Assembly (NCBI RefSeq): GCF_000315625.1 | Contig: NW_005434640.1 | Span: forward strand, 492,822 to 556,821 | Source of the DNA: Guillardia theta CCMP2712 | Lineage: Eukaryota > Protista > Cryptophyta | Length of the DNA: 64,000 nt | Direction of reading: 5' to 3' | Shown here: positions 49,401 through 62,703 of the stretch, piece by piece | Layout of the letters: the number at the start of each line of letters is the position of its first letter | How positions within the stretch are numbered: position 1 is the first letter of the stretch | Notes under the pieces: model-generated | What the model was told of the DNA's origin: nothing | Database searches by the model: none | Seen by the model: only the letters and a program-made list of their open reading frames with translations | Program-made: the position numbers and the translations under genes

Positions 49401-52400
49401 CACGGCCAGTTGCATTCTTTGATCGGAATCTGATAGCCATCGACCATCAAAAATCGAAAAGATGTGATTTAGGACACCAGGTTTAGCCAAGTGAGCAGCA
49501 GCAGATCTCAAGACTCGACCCTTCTTCTTTTGCTCAAGAAGTTGACATAGAAGAGATGCTTGCTGCTCCGCATCCGGAAAGAAAATATCAAAGCCTGCGA
49601 CAAGTGCATTGCTTGCTTCTGCACAAGTTGATCTCAGAATCGGATCGATTTCCGAGAAAGAAGCTGCAGGAATCTCTGCTAAAATCAAGATTTGCTTCTG
49701 CAGTGCGCTAAGGACGTTGCGAAAATCATCATCCTCTCGCATCTTGTCATCTACTTGACCAATATTTACGACCAAAAGACGCATGCAAGTGCGCAACGTC
49801 AGTAAGTCCTGTCTCATGTCTCTATCCTCGCAAACTGAGTCAACAAATCTGTTCAACCATGCACCCTCCCCTTTCATACAGAAATTCATCATTTCCAGAA
49901 TCAAGCGGAAGGTTTCCGGAATGGCTTCAATGCAGAATGGAACCCAAGATTGCAATACATCATGGCATGGTTCCATCACACATCTGAAATCCAGGTCAAA
50001 TTCAAAAATTCAACACTCGAAACGAAAATACACACCTTGCGTGCTTCTCCGCAGCTTCATAAAGGCATTTTAGAATGGATTCCATCACATTTCTGATGCA
50101 GGGAACTTTTTGCGCATCATCAACCGCCATGTCAACATCATTGCCAAATATTTCTGACGACTTCTGCTGTAAAAGACTTGAAGTCCAGGGATGCCGCCAC
50201 CTCCTCACCTTCAGGCCATCAACATCAATGTTCCATACAACATCATTGAATGGATCATAACAAGATCCGCCAGTCGCTCCACCTTTTCCCAGCTCCCTCC
50301 TTGGATCTTCCTGTGCATCGCCAAGCGAAATGTCGTATAAATAATGACCCTCCTTCATGTCGAAAACTCGGCACAAATATCCCGGCACTTTCGATTGGCA
50401 ATGATGTGGCGGTATGATAACCATCAAAAAGGTTCCATCGGTGTAGAATGACTGATACTCCATGCATTTGTCTGGAAATGCAGGAAGAAATATCTGCTCT
50501 CCACCAGATTCATTTTGAGGGACTGTATCCATTTGTCTTACGAGATGATCCGGTTTATGACCTGATGTTGCAAAATACAATAAGATCAATCTACAAAAAG
50601 ACAAAGAAGCATTGGACGAGCATACCTGAAGTGTAGGCTCCTCGCATCCAACATTGATCACACAGATCATACTCCGGATGACACACTTGGCATCGATGCC
50701 CTGGCGAGCTACTGCTCATGAGGAGCAATCCACAAACATCACAGCAGAGCGTTCCTTCTCCCTCATGGATCCCATAGTCGCACGGAGGTCCCCTGATGAC
50801 GACCGAACGAACATGCTTCATGTTTTCCAACGGATCAAAAGTATCAATTGAAAATGAAAAATTCGGCCAGGTAGATCCAATCTGTCCTCCTCCTTCTGAT
50901 GACTCGTCATCCTCCTCTCGCACATCAGATTGCTGCATCTGAGGCTGCACAACAGATTGTAATTTGTCTGGACTCTTCGAGATAATATGGAGGTATCGTC
51001 CATCCGATATGAGCGGTGAGCGCTCAGAACTGAGATTCGTCTCGGAAGATCGCCTTTCCATCTCTATTCCTTCCCGCGCAGCTTGAAGCGCAGCTGCTCT
51101 GCCAGCTCTGCCAGCATGCTCCAGTGGCGACAGAAACTCTCTTCTTTGCCTGAACCGGCTCCGATTGTCGTGATATTGCCGGAATAAAGTCTGACTGGGC
51201 GAGAATTCATCTAGGAACATGTGATCATCTATTTCTGAAGATTCCAATTCTAATTCAGTCAAGCCCATCTGCATGTTGCCTTCTAGCCTCTCTGTGACAC
51301 AATCATCCAATTGTAGATAAATGGAATCAGACTTACCAACTCTGGAGGATGCACCGCTGGAGTTTCCAGGCCGTTCAGCGGACCTTGAGGAGTCGGTATG
51401 ACCAGAAGACTGATTCCAGCCTTTCTCGGGCATCAAATTCACTCCAGCACCTTTCTTTGTATCCTTATCTGGCAACGTACCAACTTCTTCCAAAGTCTTG
51501 GAGTCGATGATCAGAATGCTTTTAGGAGACAGGTTTGGCGAACGCAGATACAAGAAGCCTCCTGCACATGCTATCCAAGGTCGTTCTGAAGATCTATACC
51601 TAGAAAGTTGATCAGCATTTCGCAACAGAGTCTAGACGAAGCCTCTAAAACATACCTAGATTTGTGCAGATACACATGCCCAGCTATTGTACCATGGTAT
51701 CCAGTGCCATATTTCACCAAACCATGTGTGCTATGCACATAAATGTACTTGCCATCGGAGGCAACAGATACAAATTTGTGGCATGTGGAACTAGATGACA
51801 TTTGAAGCCGAGCGCCCCTTGATGTTCCACCACCACTTGAAGGAACCAAAGAAGGCGAACCTAATTGAGAAATCGGCAAAAAAATAGTACGTCCTCCGGT
51901 TGGAGTAGATGAGGGTGGAATGGCACAGCTCATCTCCAAACGCTTTACTCCTGACCCGAGTTGCGAGTAGTCAATTTTTCCATATTCGGCAGAAAACGAA
52001 CCAATATCTTGCATTGTTCCATTATTCAGGTTCATCAGGAGTGAGGCAAGAGTGGCTAGAATACATCTCAGTGAACCCGAGCAAACCCCCAAATTCAACA
52101 TTGCTGCGGCTGCCGCACCCTTGACAAAAGAATCACTTGCTTGCTGGTTGACAGACAAGAATTTCGCGAGCCACTCCAGAAGCTTAGAAAGCCAAGTGGG
52201 TCTTTCTGTGACAAGTACAAGAGGCTTCTGAGCCGCAAGCAAGTCTCCAACAACAATGAGTGACCTTTTAGAAGCCTCGCCTTCACTACTGTCTGCCAAT
52301 TCCAAGAAGGTGCATAGCATTTGTTGAACTAACATAGGACGCGAGGGAGCATCACGGGAATCTGATTCCTGCAGGCCTGCAGAGGCATTCACTCCTACCT

Positions 52401-53347
52401 CCAGGGTACCATTCACATTTTCCTTTCCGAAGTGATCGTCTGCATGGCGACTGGCCGCCGTCAGCACCTGGCAACGTCATCAGATGCAAATCATCGTATA
52501 GGTACGAAGCAAACCTCTCGGAAACAGATGACCCTGCGTTGCAACAAAGACGCGTATGCAGAAGCACAGCTAGGATGAGCAAGAAGCTGTTGACTCTGTT
52601 TGGATGAAAGCTTTCGAGCCTCCTTTTCCACACCCGGGTAGTCCCATTCCAGCTGAGCATTCTCCACCTCGAACTGGATCACGGTGCTGTCGAATTCGTC
52701 GATTGACTCCCCGTAGAAAGCAGAATCTGGCTCGGGTTGCTGCCGAACAATCTGTAAGTGAGAGTTGCTGAGTTCAACCTCCAAGCACTCACCAAATCCG
52801 TCAAAGGTGTGTCCCTAGCAAAGACTTCCAGCCCAGGCTCTCTCAAGACAGTCAAGTCAGAAAAATGGAGGCGTGCTATGTGATCTAATCTAGAAGTCGA
52901 GCTTGCTGACCCTATGAAGTTCGTCCTGTTTGTATTTCGCCATGGAGGCATTCTGAAGCTTGAATCTTTGAGGTCCAAGCGAGGAAACTTGCTTGGAGGA
53001 TTTTACGGCCTCAAGGCAAACACCTGGAGGACGAGTTAAGCGATGAGATATCGACTAGAGATGGCTTCTGATGTCCACTCATATCCTCAAAACAGCAAAT
53101 CTCAAAAAATCAGAAGTCGTTACTCCTTCGTATTCTGTGTCTTCCTGACTTGCTACACCCGCTCCTACCTCACTTGGTGCCAGCAGCCCAACCTCGTCTT
53201 CTAACCCAACAACTTGTTCATGTATAAATCAGCCTCACCAACGTCTCGGCTTAAAGTCATGAAGATAGATCCATCGTCTCTTCCTCCTCCCCCTCCCCTC
53301 TTCTCGCACGCAGCTTCCCTCCCTCCACCTCCCTCCACTCCCGGCAT
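40489..53347 (-). CDS. Giant (~4000 aa) HECT E3 ubiquitin ligase with HECTD4/MYCBP2-like N-terminal region, ZZ finger, UBA and inserted PA domain
   Basis: HECT: WRVKFQGEGHQGYQGPYREAMSALCTDLQS..LPLFI, FFFIGQLMGVAMRT, ELERRVCG, FWEVLEGFSQEDRRLFIRFA, catalytic LPEAETCFFIVKLPK|Y...INY*. Also VASDGKYIYVHSTHGLVKYGTGYHGTIAGHVY, ZZ CDVC..CQVC..DLCDQC..H..H (~50540-50750) and UBA LAEITG..LCQHALDRENGNQDRAANWIFEH (~45170-45280). Start approximate. Confidence 0.9.
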
Positions 53348-54024
53348 GCGCTGCAGGGGCATCGGAAGCTCTCGCTGAAACCGAGTAGTAGGGTGGTTAT
53401 ACCAGGGTCCTAGAGATGTATATTCATACTGAGGTGAGGTCTATTTGTGCCCTAGAGAATAAAAAGAAATTAGTACGCTGACGCTGAAGAAGGTAGTACC
53501 TTTCATAAGGGATGATTATAACAGCCTAACCATTGGGTCATAGGAAAATATAAATGTTCGAAGCATTTTGTACTACATGTTAGGGATTTATAAAACTTTT
53601 ATTGAAAAACCAATAGGAAATAATAATTAGATACTAAACTTGTACAAGGGTAATAGTCCCATATGCGACGCTTCGTATAGCTATGGAATTACAACTGTTT
53701 ATAAAATATCAGGTCACAGGCTAGCCTCGGGAGTCGGCTCACAGAGTCAGTTGGGCCCGGCGGCCGCTTCAGTGTCCTACGGTACGGCCGACCGGCCTGC
53801 CGGGCTGTCACTCACAGTGTAGTGGGCCCCGGCCCGGGGCGCGGCCCGGCCAGCCTGAGAGTCACGGGTGCAGGCCGCGGCGGCCGTGACGATCCGCCGG
53901 GGGCCCGGGCAGGGTTGGGGGGGGGCCGGAGCGTCCGGTCACTGTCATCAGACTAAGCCAATCGGACGGTTTCCGTGCGGAGAGTCTGACTTTCATTTTG
54001 GGGCCGCGAGCATCACTCAATGAT

Positions 54025-55517
54025 TTATGGAGAGCGAGCGGAGCGTTTTAAGGTGTTGCAAGGGCATTCTGGTTGGTGGCATCGGAGAAGAGCTCCCGAT
54101 GCCACGTCCTCCATCCATGCAGCCTCTGGAAGCCGAGGAGCTCGCCTGATCCTCATCGTGCGTGTCCTCTGTTCTTCTGGTTCATCTAGACGTCGAGCAA
54201 AGGATGAACCGCACTTAATGACTTTGAGTGTGCAGATGCTATCCTGCACTCCCTGACACAAGTTGCTTGTTACGTCAAGGTCGTCATATGTTGGCTTGCC
54301 ATCCACTTCAACGATGATGTCTCCCGGCTTATGCATGTTTCACGTCAGGTTCGAAACTGCCTCAACCCCACAGTTACCTCGAGAAAGTCGTGATCGAGGC
54401 CGCCTGCATCCGATTTGTTGTCAGTTTCAGGCGTGTAAATATTTGTCAAAGTTCCAGTCACCTTTGTGGCAAGCGTACCAGGCAGCTCCCCCTGGGTGAA
54501 CCTTGGACACACGCACCCGGCTGTCAATGTTGGTGTGAGCGACGTAAATGCCGACGCCGCACGAGCTCTTCATCAGCTGGACTTCATTCCTGCACCTTGT
54601 TTGAGCTGAGCAGAAAGAGGAGTGTGAAATGCCTGAGGGTATCAACTGTGGCACAGCACTCCCTGAACTCGCCTGCTATGATGTCTCGCTGTCGTTCTGC
54701 TGCCTGTCTCAATTTGACCTCCTGCGAGAGCCTCATTTGACACTCGGCATGGCCGTGGATCTGTAGCTCCGAGATCGTTTGTCTGGCCGGGAAGGAGGGA
54801 GGGGGGAAAGGCGAAGAGGAAAGGTCAGCGTCTCTTGCTTTGCTAAGAAAGTTGAGGTCACCTCAGCTCGGCTATTGTGCGCTCGCAGCCTCGATGCATT
54901 TCCAGAAGGACAGCATACTTTGCCTGCATTTCTTGATCGAAGATATGTGATGTCCGCATTTCGTTCTCTGCCATCTTCAACACTTCTAGATTCTTGCTCA
55001 CGTCTGCGTAAGACCTGGGCCGATGGTTCAACAACTCTTCCAGCTGCAGCACGAGACGCAAAGATCGATAAAGAAACCTCACCTCCGAGCCTCATCTCTC
55101 TCACTTTCCACCTGAACGATATGCTGACTGTCGCAGAGCACACACGTGAGAAGGCTGCAATGCGGATCGTAAGAGTGACCGCAATCTTGTGATAATCTCT
55201 TGATATTCTCTTTGCTTGTCCTCGGCATCTCTAACACGGGTGCTAAAGTCTCCACATCTCGAGTGCTCCGTCCAAAGTTCGTCCAATGCATTTGTCAAGC
55301 TTTCACAATCTGCAATCGCGCGGTCGCGCTCTTGGCGAAGAAGTTTCTCGATCTCAGCATGCGACTCGCAGTGCTCACGCATGTAGCTGACCAGTCGCTG
55401 ACTTGCCTGAACAATATCATGGTGTTCGTGCGAGGAGAAGGAAATTTCGGGTGGGATTGGCGGAGTATAAGCAGTTTCCGAGGGGAGGATTGAATCTCCT
55501 AGACTTGGCAACGGCAT
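54025..55517 (-). CDS. Coiled-coil plus PDZ-domain protein (multi-exon)
   Basis: Heptad-rich N-terminal exons, then CGVGIYV..VRVSKVHPGGAAWYA...KPGDIIVEVDGKP..LCQGVQDSICTLKV, a typical PDZ pattern. Confidence 0.75.
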
Positions 55518-57013
55518 TGAAACAATTGAGCGGAGAGAGAGCCTGTCGACAAATCAATGGCAAGAAAAAGCAGTTGGGTATGTGTCAATCATCTGAGAGA
55601 GTAGGAGGCAAGCGTGTAGGCTAGCCAAGTCAAAGACGTGTTACATTGCATCATACTAGCTACAGAGTAGTGAGGATGTGAAGAGCAGTCGGCAGGAAGC
55701 ACGATGTTCAACAGAGGACATCAAGAAGAAGAAAAAAACAATCACCGCATCCGTTGCAAGTGTTTTGACAGCCAGTAACGTTTTGTAACGAGTGTAATAA
55801 CGCCGAATAGTTCAACTGAAATCTTTGTAGGTTGATCCAGTGAGGGTTCACTTAAAGGGGGGGGGGGGGTACCCAAAACTCTAGTAACAAGGGGGTACTC
55901 CAGACCACCCTACGGCACCTCCCCGCAGAATGAGGCCAAAAGGGTAAAATCCCTGAGGTGGGGTGGTGGAAAGTGAATCTGAAAGGGGGAAGGGGGTACC
56001 TGGTTTATTGAAGAGAGCACCCCCACCCCTTCTTCTCATTACCCCTTTTACCATCACCCCCACATATCCTGACTCCTTTCAGGGAAGTACCACCCCTGTC
56101 GAGGATTTCCACATTCACAACCACCCCTAGCAAAGACATAGCCCTACCACCCCACCCCGTCGGTGAAAAATTGCGTTTAACATCAAGTCCTTCCATGATC
56201 CACCCACCCCATGGAATGAAGCAGCTGTGTCCGTACCGCAACCCCCTACCCCCAGTTCCTCGTGACACCACCCCTATTTTACAACGTCCAGAATCTAATC
56301 TCCAACCCCCACCCTGCCGGGCACTGATAGGGACCCTAAAACAGTACTAGCAAAGTTGTGAAGCGATGCAATTTTACAATACAGTTTTAATCAATAATGA
56401 CATGAGCGATGGGATCAGGACAGGATGTAGCGAGCGCAGTGAAGCGTTCGAGGATAGGCGAGGAGGAGAGGAGGAGAGGAGGAGAGGATTAAGGGATCAA
56501 GAAGGAAGCAAGAAGGGGGGATCATTGGAGAGAGCAGGAAGAAGGTAGAAACGGAGAGAAGGCAACGTGCACTGGGGATGGAATGTAACGAGGAAGACCA
56601 TGACGGATGGACTTTGTGAAACGCGAGCACGGAGAAACTGACAACACTATCGAACTGATGCGAGAGTCTGAGAGGGACTCTTGGGGAATGAACAAACACG
56701 AAGGGGAAGGACTAAATGAAGTTCTGGGAGCTCGGAATGCGGGGAGGTGCACTTGGACGGTGGGAGGTAGAGATCGAAAATGACAGCAAGCAGAAGAGCT
56801 TTGGGGGGTGTAGAAAAGCAATCGGTGTAATCTACAATGACACTTGATGAGATAAGTGGGCAGGCATTGAATTCAAGTCTAGTGTGTTATTTGAGAGCAA
56901 TTGACGAAGCTACCTTGAATTGTAGCTTCAGAAAACTTGAGTATTCTGGGTCGCCGCTGAGTTTGGTTTGCAACAGGGAAGCTTGTTTCTTGTGCTTGAG
57001 GAGAACGTAGGGA

Positions 57014-58450
57014 ATGATCCCAGAGCTTGAAACGATGGACTCGGAATCAGAGGACAAGGCGCTGGAAGAGGGACTCAAAAGGCTGGTGGCTACAGATGTC
57101 TTTACGCGCACCAAGAGTGTGGAGGAGGTGCTGCTGCTGCTATCGGGGTTGCTGAAGTATTTCTTACATTCTGTACAGTGTATGATGGACAGGATAGCAG
57201 AGCTGAAGGGCTCGCTCTTTCAGCGCCTGAGCTCAGTCTCCTCTACGATCTCATCAACCGCCAGGTCAGTCAGCCTGCTACTGTTAGCCGTCCCCCTTAC
57301 ATGTGCCCTACCCCCAGCACACTGGAGAATGCAAAGAAGTTCTTCATCCAGTATTTCTCTGGCGTTTCCAGCGCAGAGGTGTAATCCTTTGCTAATGCGC
57401 TCACTGGTTCTAACCAGCGGCCTCAGCTGTCCAACAAGATCCAGGCTGCTTTCAAGAAGTTCGACGCCAACGGCAGCGACCAGCTCGACATGTAGCCTTC
57501 CCAAAGTTCTCGTCCCGCCCCCGCTGACGCAGACCTGCCATCAGACATGAGCTGGGAAACGCGTTTGCTGCCATGGGGCTCCGAATGACGATACCAGAGC
57601 TGGAGGCCTTGCTTGCGGAGTTCGATCTGAACAATGATGGTTTCATAGACTCGGTGAGCTGACGGGGATGATGAGACGATGATGATGCTGATCTACTGCG
57701 CAGGATGAGTTCGAGCATCTGATCAGGATGAAGCTCAACGTCTTCTGCCTGCAAGGATGCAAAGCTTGTCAGCACGGGAAGAGCAATCAACCACTCAACG
57801 GATACAGCAATGAAGAAGACGTCCAAGAGTCGAGCCAGCATGCAGACAGTGCGAGCGAAAAGGAGGAGAGGGCAAGACAAGTCGCCAGGGATGAGGGGAA
57901 GAAGAGAGCGCTGCCTCCCGCCCTTCACGAGCAGATCAGCATCATGGCGTCTGACTACCATGGCACAGCGAACCTGCGGAGGAATGACGTGAGTCCCAAG
58001 AGGCTGTTCACCGGCACCATGAGGAAGGTTCGCTCGGAGCCCGTCGTCTACAAGCCCGCGTACCTCGTCCGCTACTCCAGCCCATCGCATGAGGAGCCGA
58101 CGAGGAGTCCCAACTTCCTCACTGTGCGCAGGTTCTATCACCCGCAGGTCTCTTCGAAGAAGCAGGTGCACCTCTCCCTTCCCTCTGCTCCCATCGAGAT
58201 GGAGGTCGACCCCAAGCTCGAGCTCCGCCTCTCCCGCCGCCTCCCTCAGAGCGTTCACGTCGCCCGCGTCTCCCCCGGGGAGAGTCTCAAGGCCAGGCAC
58301 AAGGCGTCCAGCGAGATTCTCTTCCCCGTCCTCAAGACCTCCCTCCCTGGCTGGCTGACCTCGAGGGAAACGGACAAGGACCGTCAGCCACCTCGGACTG
58401 GATACCTGACGGCGAGGACTGTGCAGACGCCGCGTCGCTACTACAGATGA
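57014..58450 (+). CDS. EF-hand pair-containing protein
   Basis: Spliced KIQAAFKKFDANGSDQLDI|HELGNAFAAMGLRMTIPELEALLAEFDLNNDGFIDS|DEFEHLIRMKL: two EF loops with a calmodulin-like linker, followed by a low-complexity basic tail. Confidence 0.8.
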
Positions 58451-59410
58451 GAAGGATAGAGGGAACAACACTTGAGGGGACGGGGATTATGTACAACGAC
58501 GTCAAGTGAAGGGTGGAGGAGTGAAAGTTGGCAGGGCGATGTGAATGAAGGTTTGAACAAGTTGAATAGAAATTAGAATGATATAAATAAATACAAGTTT
58601 GAATGATATCAATAAATACAAGTTTGAATGAGACTGAAGTGAAAACATATTACAAACGTGAAAAGTAAGATCGCTTGCGGGAATCGGCTCTCTCCTTCCC
58701 ATCCCCCTTCCCCTTGCCCTCCCTGGTCCCTCCTGTTCCCCGTTCCCCCCCGTCTGTTGCGTCCCTCCCATGAATTCTTCTTGCTCCTAAAGCATACAAC
58801 AGACCGATTCGTTCAAATCAGGACGGAGGAAGGATGAGGTGGAGCGAAGGAGATGGAGGAGGAGGAAGACAGAGGTTGGGGTAAGGAGAAACTTAAAACA
58901 GAAGAAAGTCTGGGGCTCTTTCAGGTTTCACAGAAAATTCACAGCATGGGCGAGAATCTACAAGACAGCACGAGCGCGTCCGAACTCTCAGTGGAAGGGG
59001 GTGAAGGCGTCCTTTTCTAGCGGCCTTGTGTTGTTGGCGTCTGCGCATGGAGATCGTTAGCAACAGCAACCACACAGCTTCTTCCGCCCCCACCCCGGCT
59101 GTCAACACGTCCTCCCTCCCTCTCCCCCTTCTCTGTTTTGCTAACTCCCCTCCTGTCCTCTGCTTACAAGCCCAGAAGTCCATTCCGCGGCTTCCAAGGA
59201 CAGTGTTCTCAACATTGTAAGCATATGCTCCAAGGCCTGTAACATGACAATCAGCTCATCCTGCGACCTGCTCTTCCATGCTCACCTTTGTTGGGCCTCT
59301 CTTTCAAGATTGACAGCATTGACCTGGTAGCAGCACACATCAGGCCGAGCAAGTCAGTCATGCTCTCGTTTCCCTCTCTTGCTCTCTCCTTCGCTCCTTC
59401 GCTCCCTCCT

Positions 59411-60254
59411 NNNNNNNNNNNNNNNNNNNNNNNNNNNNNNNNNNNNNNNNNNNNNNNNNNNNNNNNNNNNNNNNNNNNNNNNNNNNNNNNNNNNNNNNNN
59501 NNNNNNNNNNNNNNNNNNNNNNNNNNNNNNNNNNNNNNNNNNNNNNNNNNNNNNNNNNNNNNNNNNNNNNNNNNNNNNNNNNNNNNNNNNNNNNNNNNNN
59601 NNNNNNNNNNNNNNNNNNNNNNNNNNNNNNNNNNNNNNNNNNNNNNNNNNNNNNNNNNNNNNNNNNNNNNNNNNNNNNNNNNNNNNNNNNNNNNNNNNNN
59701 NNNNNNNNNNNNNNNNNNNNNNNNNNNNNNNNNNNNNNNNNNNNNNNNNNNNNNNNNNNNNNNNNNNNNNNNNNNNNNNNNNNNNNNNNNNNNNNNNNNN
59801 NNNNNNNNNNNNNNNNNNNNNNNNNNNNNNNNNNNNNNNNNNNNNNNNNNNNNNNNNNNNNNNNNNNNNNNNNNNNNNNNNNNNNNNNNNNNNNNNNNNN
59901 NNNNNNNNNNNNNNNNNNNNNNNNNNNNNNNNNNNNNNNNNNNNNNNNNNNNNNNNNNNNNNNNNNNNNNNNNNNNNNNNNNNNNNNNNNNNNNNNNNNN
60001 NNNNNNNNNNNNNNNNNNNNNNNNNNNNNNNNNNNNNNNNNNNNNNNNNNNNNNNNNNNNNNNNNNNNNNNNNNNNNNNNNNNNNNNNNNNNNNNNNNNN
60101 NNNNNNNNNNNNNNNNNNNNNNNNNNNNNNNNNNNNNNNNNNNNNNNNNNNNNNNNNNNNNNNNNNNNNNNNNNNNNNNNNNNNNNNNNNNNNNNNNNNN
60201 NNNNNNNNNNNNNNNNNNNNNNNNNNNNNNNNNNNNNNNNNNNNNNNNNNNNNN
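59411..60254. other. Assembly gap (N run)
   Basis: N run flanked by CT-rich repeats. Confidence 1.
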
Positions 60255-60988
60255 CCCTCCCTCCCCTCCCCTCCCCTCCCCTCCCTCCCCTCCCTCCCTC
60301 CTCATGTCTGTCTTTTAATCCCGTCCATCGGCGGCTGTGGCCGTTCGGTGGATGCCCCTCATCCCCGCTGCAGCAATATTAATATTTTCAGGCCCTCAGG
60401 CCAGGGCCAGGCCGGGCCGGGCCCGGCGCCGGATCGGACTGATCGGACTCTCGCCGGCACGTGACTGCGTACTTCAAATTTGACGTTTCAAGTTTCTGGT
60501 ATCAATCAGCTGCTAGACTGCTGATTCACTTCATTCACTTCATTCTATCTGAGAAGTCTGCAAGGATGATTGAACGAATCAAACCGGGCCGGGCCCGCCG
60601 AGGAGTAGGAGCCCCTCATCCCCGCGCACCCAAGGATTTCGATAAGAGGCCATGGCGAGGTTCGGAGGGAAGCCGAGGCAGGGACAGAGGAAGGTGGAAC
60701 ATGGGGGCGGAGCAGGGAGGAGGAGAGGAAGATTATACAGTAGAGCGTTGGGATGAAGAGGAGGGAAGAGAAGGATGTTTGTCTGGTGAAGGAATCAGGA
60801 GGAAGAGTGCTGGGTCAGGGCATGCCCGTCATTGGGATCGGAAAGGTGTTACCAAGTGAGAATTCAGATGAAGAGAACAACTTAAGCGATCTATGATGGC
60901 ATGCGCGATGAATGAAGATCCAACACTCTTATTGACATCGTGCTGACTTCAAGCAGGATACGTCAAGTTCCCTCACGTTCCACTGTGA

Positions 60989-62662
60989 ATGATGCGAGGA
61001 TTGTTGACCTTGGTCCTTGTGCTGTTTCTCTTGCCTATTGCCATCTGCTTGTTGGATGGGAGACACGTCAGAGTTGTGCCTCATGCTCCAAGATGGAGAC
61101 GAGGAGGCTCGGGGACTGGCGGGAGTGTGAAGGCGCTTTCGAACCTGCGAGGAGGATCAGAGGGGGAGAGGGGAAGGAGCGGGCGCGTGCGATCAAGGAG
61201 GAAGGGAACGAGCTGTGGAAGGAGGGGGAGTACGAACTTGCCGCGCAGAAGTTCACGGAGGCACTCCGTGTGCTGGAGGAGGAGGAATCCTTGGCCTCGT
61301 CCACTAGTGAGAGGATCAATTGTATGAACAATCTCGCTGCCTGCAACGTGAAGACGAGGAACTTTTACGAGGCCGTGCGGATATGCTCGGACGTGCTGCA
61401 GATGGATCCGCAGAACAGGAAGGCGCGGCTGCGACGAGGAGCAGCGCTGGAGGGGATGAAACTGTACTCCAAGGCTGCAGCAGACATGGTCCTGATCCTG
61501 ATACAAGACGCCAAGGTCTCTTTCCCTGCTCTTTGTTCTTTCTCCGCTTTCCACGACTCCCTCCTGCTCCTTCTGCTACGTTGTTGCCGCTCTCTGCTAT
61601 TCTGCTGTTTGTTCCGGAACATTCACCCTCCTGATCCTCAACTTCCTTCTCCACAACTCCTCTCTCCTCTCCTCCTCCCCGTACCTTCTCTCAGCCGTCC
61701 TCTCCCACCTTTCTACCTCTCCTCGCTCCTCTGACGTGTCCACAGACTAAGGACGCTGCGGCATGCCTGCAGCGATGCTTGCAGGCAAGGCCTGAAGTTC
61801 GCAAGGAGGTGGTGGAAGAGATCTGCGCGAGCATGGGACAACTCGGAGAAGGAGCAGCGACGATGGAGAGGATAAAGTAGGAGGAGGAGGGGAAGGACGG
61901 AGGAGGGGACAAGGGGGGACGAAGAACAAGGGATGGGGTGGAGGGAGCAAGGAGGAAGGGGAGGAAGGGGAGGCTACAGCATGACCATCACCGTAACAGG
62001 TCAGCTCAAGTAATTAGCGAGACCGTCTTTACGCAGATTCTGAACCTCCCTGCGGTTGAGGCGAAGGAGGAGGGCCCTACGATGGAACCGTCTGCCTTCA
62101 GCAAGCTTGCGGACAACCAGGTGGCAGCTCCTGCGGTGACTTGACGATGCTGCTCCTGGTGTCTGCTGGCTGACGAGGAGGCAGGGGGGTGGGCTGAAGC
62201 TTCCTTCTGCTGCAGCGTCACAAGAGGGCGACAGGAGCGGGAAGAGTTTCCGCGACGTGCTGCAGGAGCAGCTGAAGACGGCAGGATCCGGGGGGAAGCA
62301 GAGCTTGTCTCAGGTAGAGGACCGAGAGTGGGAGCGAGGAAGGGAAGGGGAGGCGGGAAGTGGAAGGAAAGGAGGAGGAGGACGGGTGGAGGGGGAGAAA
62401 GGATGGGGTTGTGGGGCGGGAGGAGGAGGGGACGGAGGAATTCGAGGATTTGACACGTGAGAAGCTGGAGGATGCTGAAAAATCTTTGCGGACGCGCATC
62501 GAGGTGCTGGAGGAGAGAGTAGCAGAGCTGGACCCCAGCAAACTCTCGTTGAACCCCGAGAAAGCTCGCAAGCAGCTGCAGAGACTGAAGATGAACTCCG
62601 TAGAGCTGTCGGAACTTGGTGAGAAAGTCGTGCTCCTGCTCCTGCTCCTGCTCCCGCACCTG

Positions 62663-62703
<41 letters not shown>

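Noticed and set aside
58890-59400. Possible minus-strand exons next to the third gap
   Set aside because: Fragmentary, truncated by the gap, with no identifiable motif.
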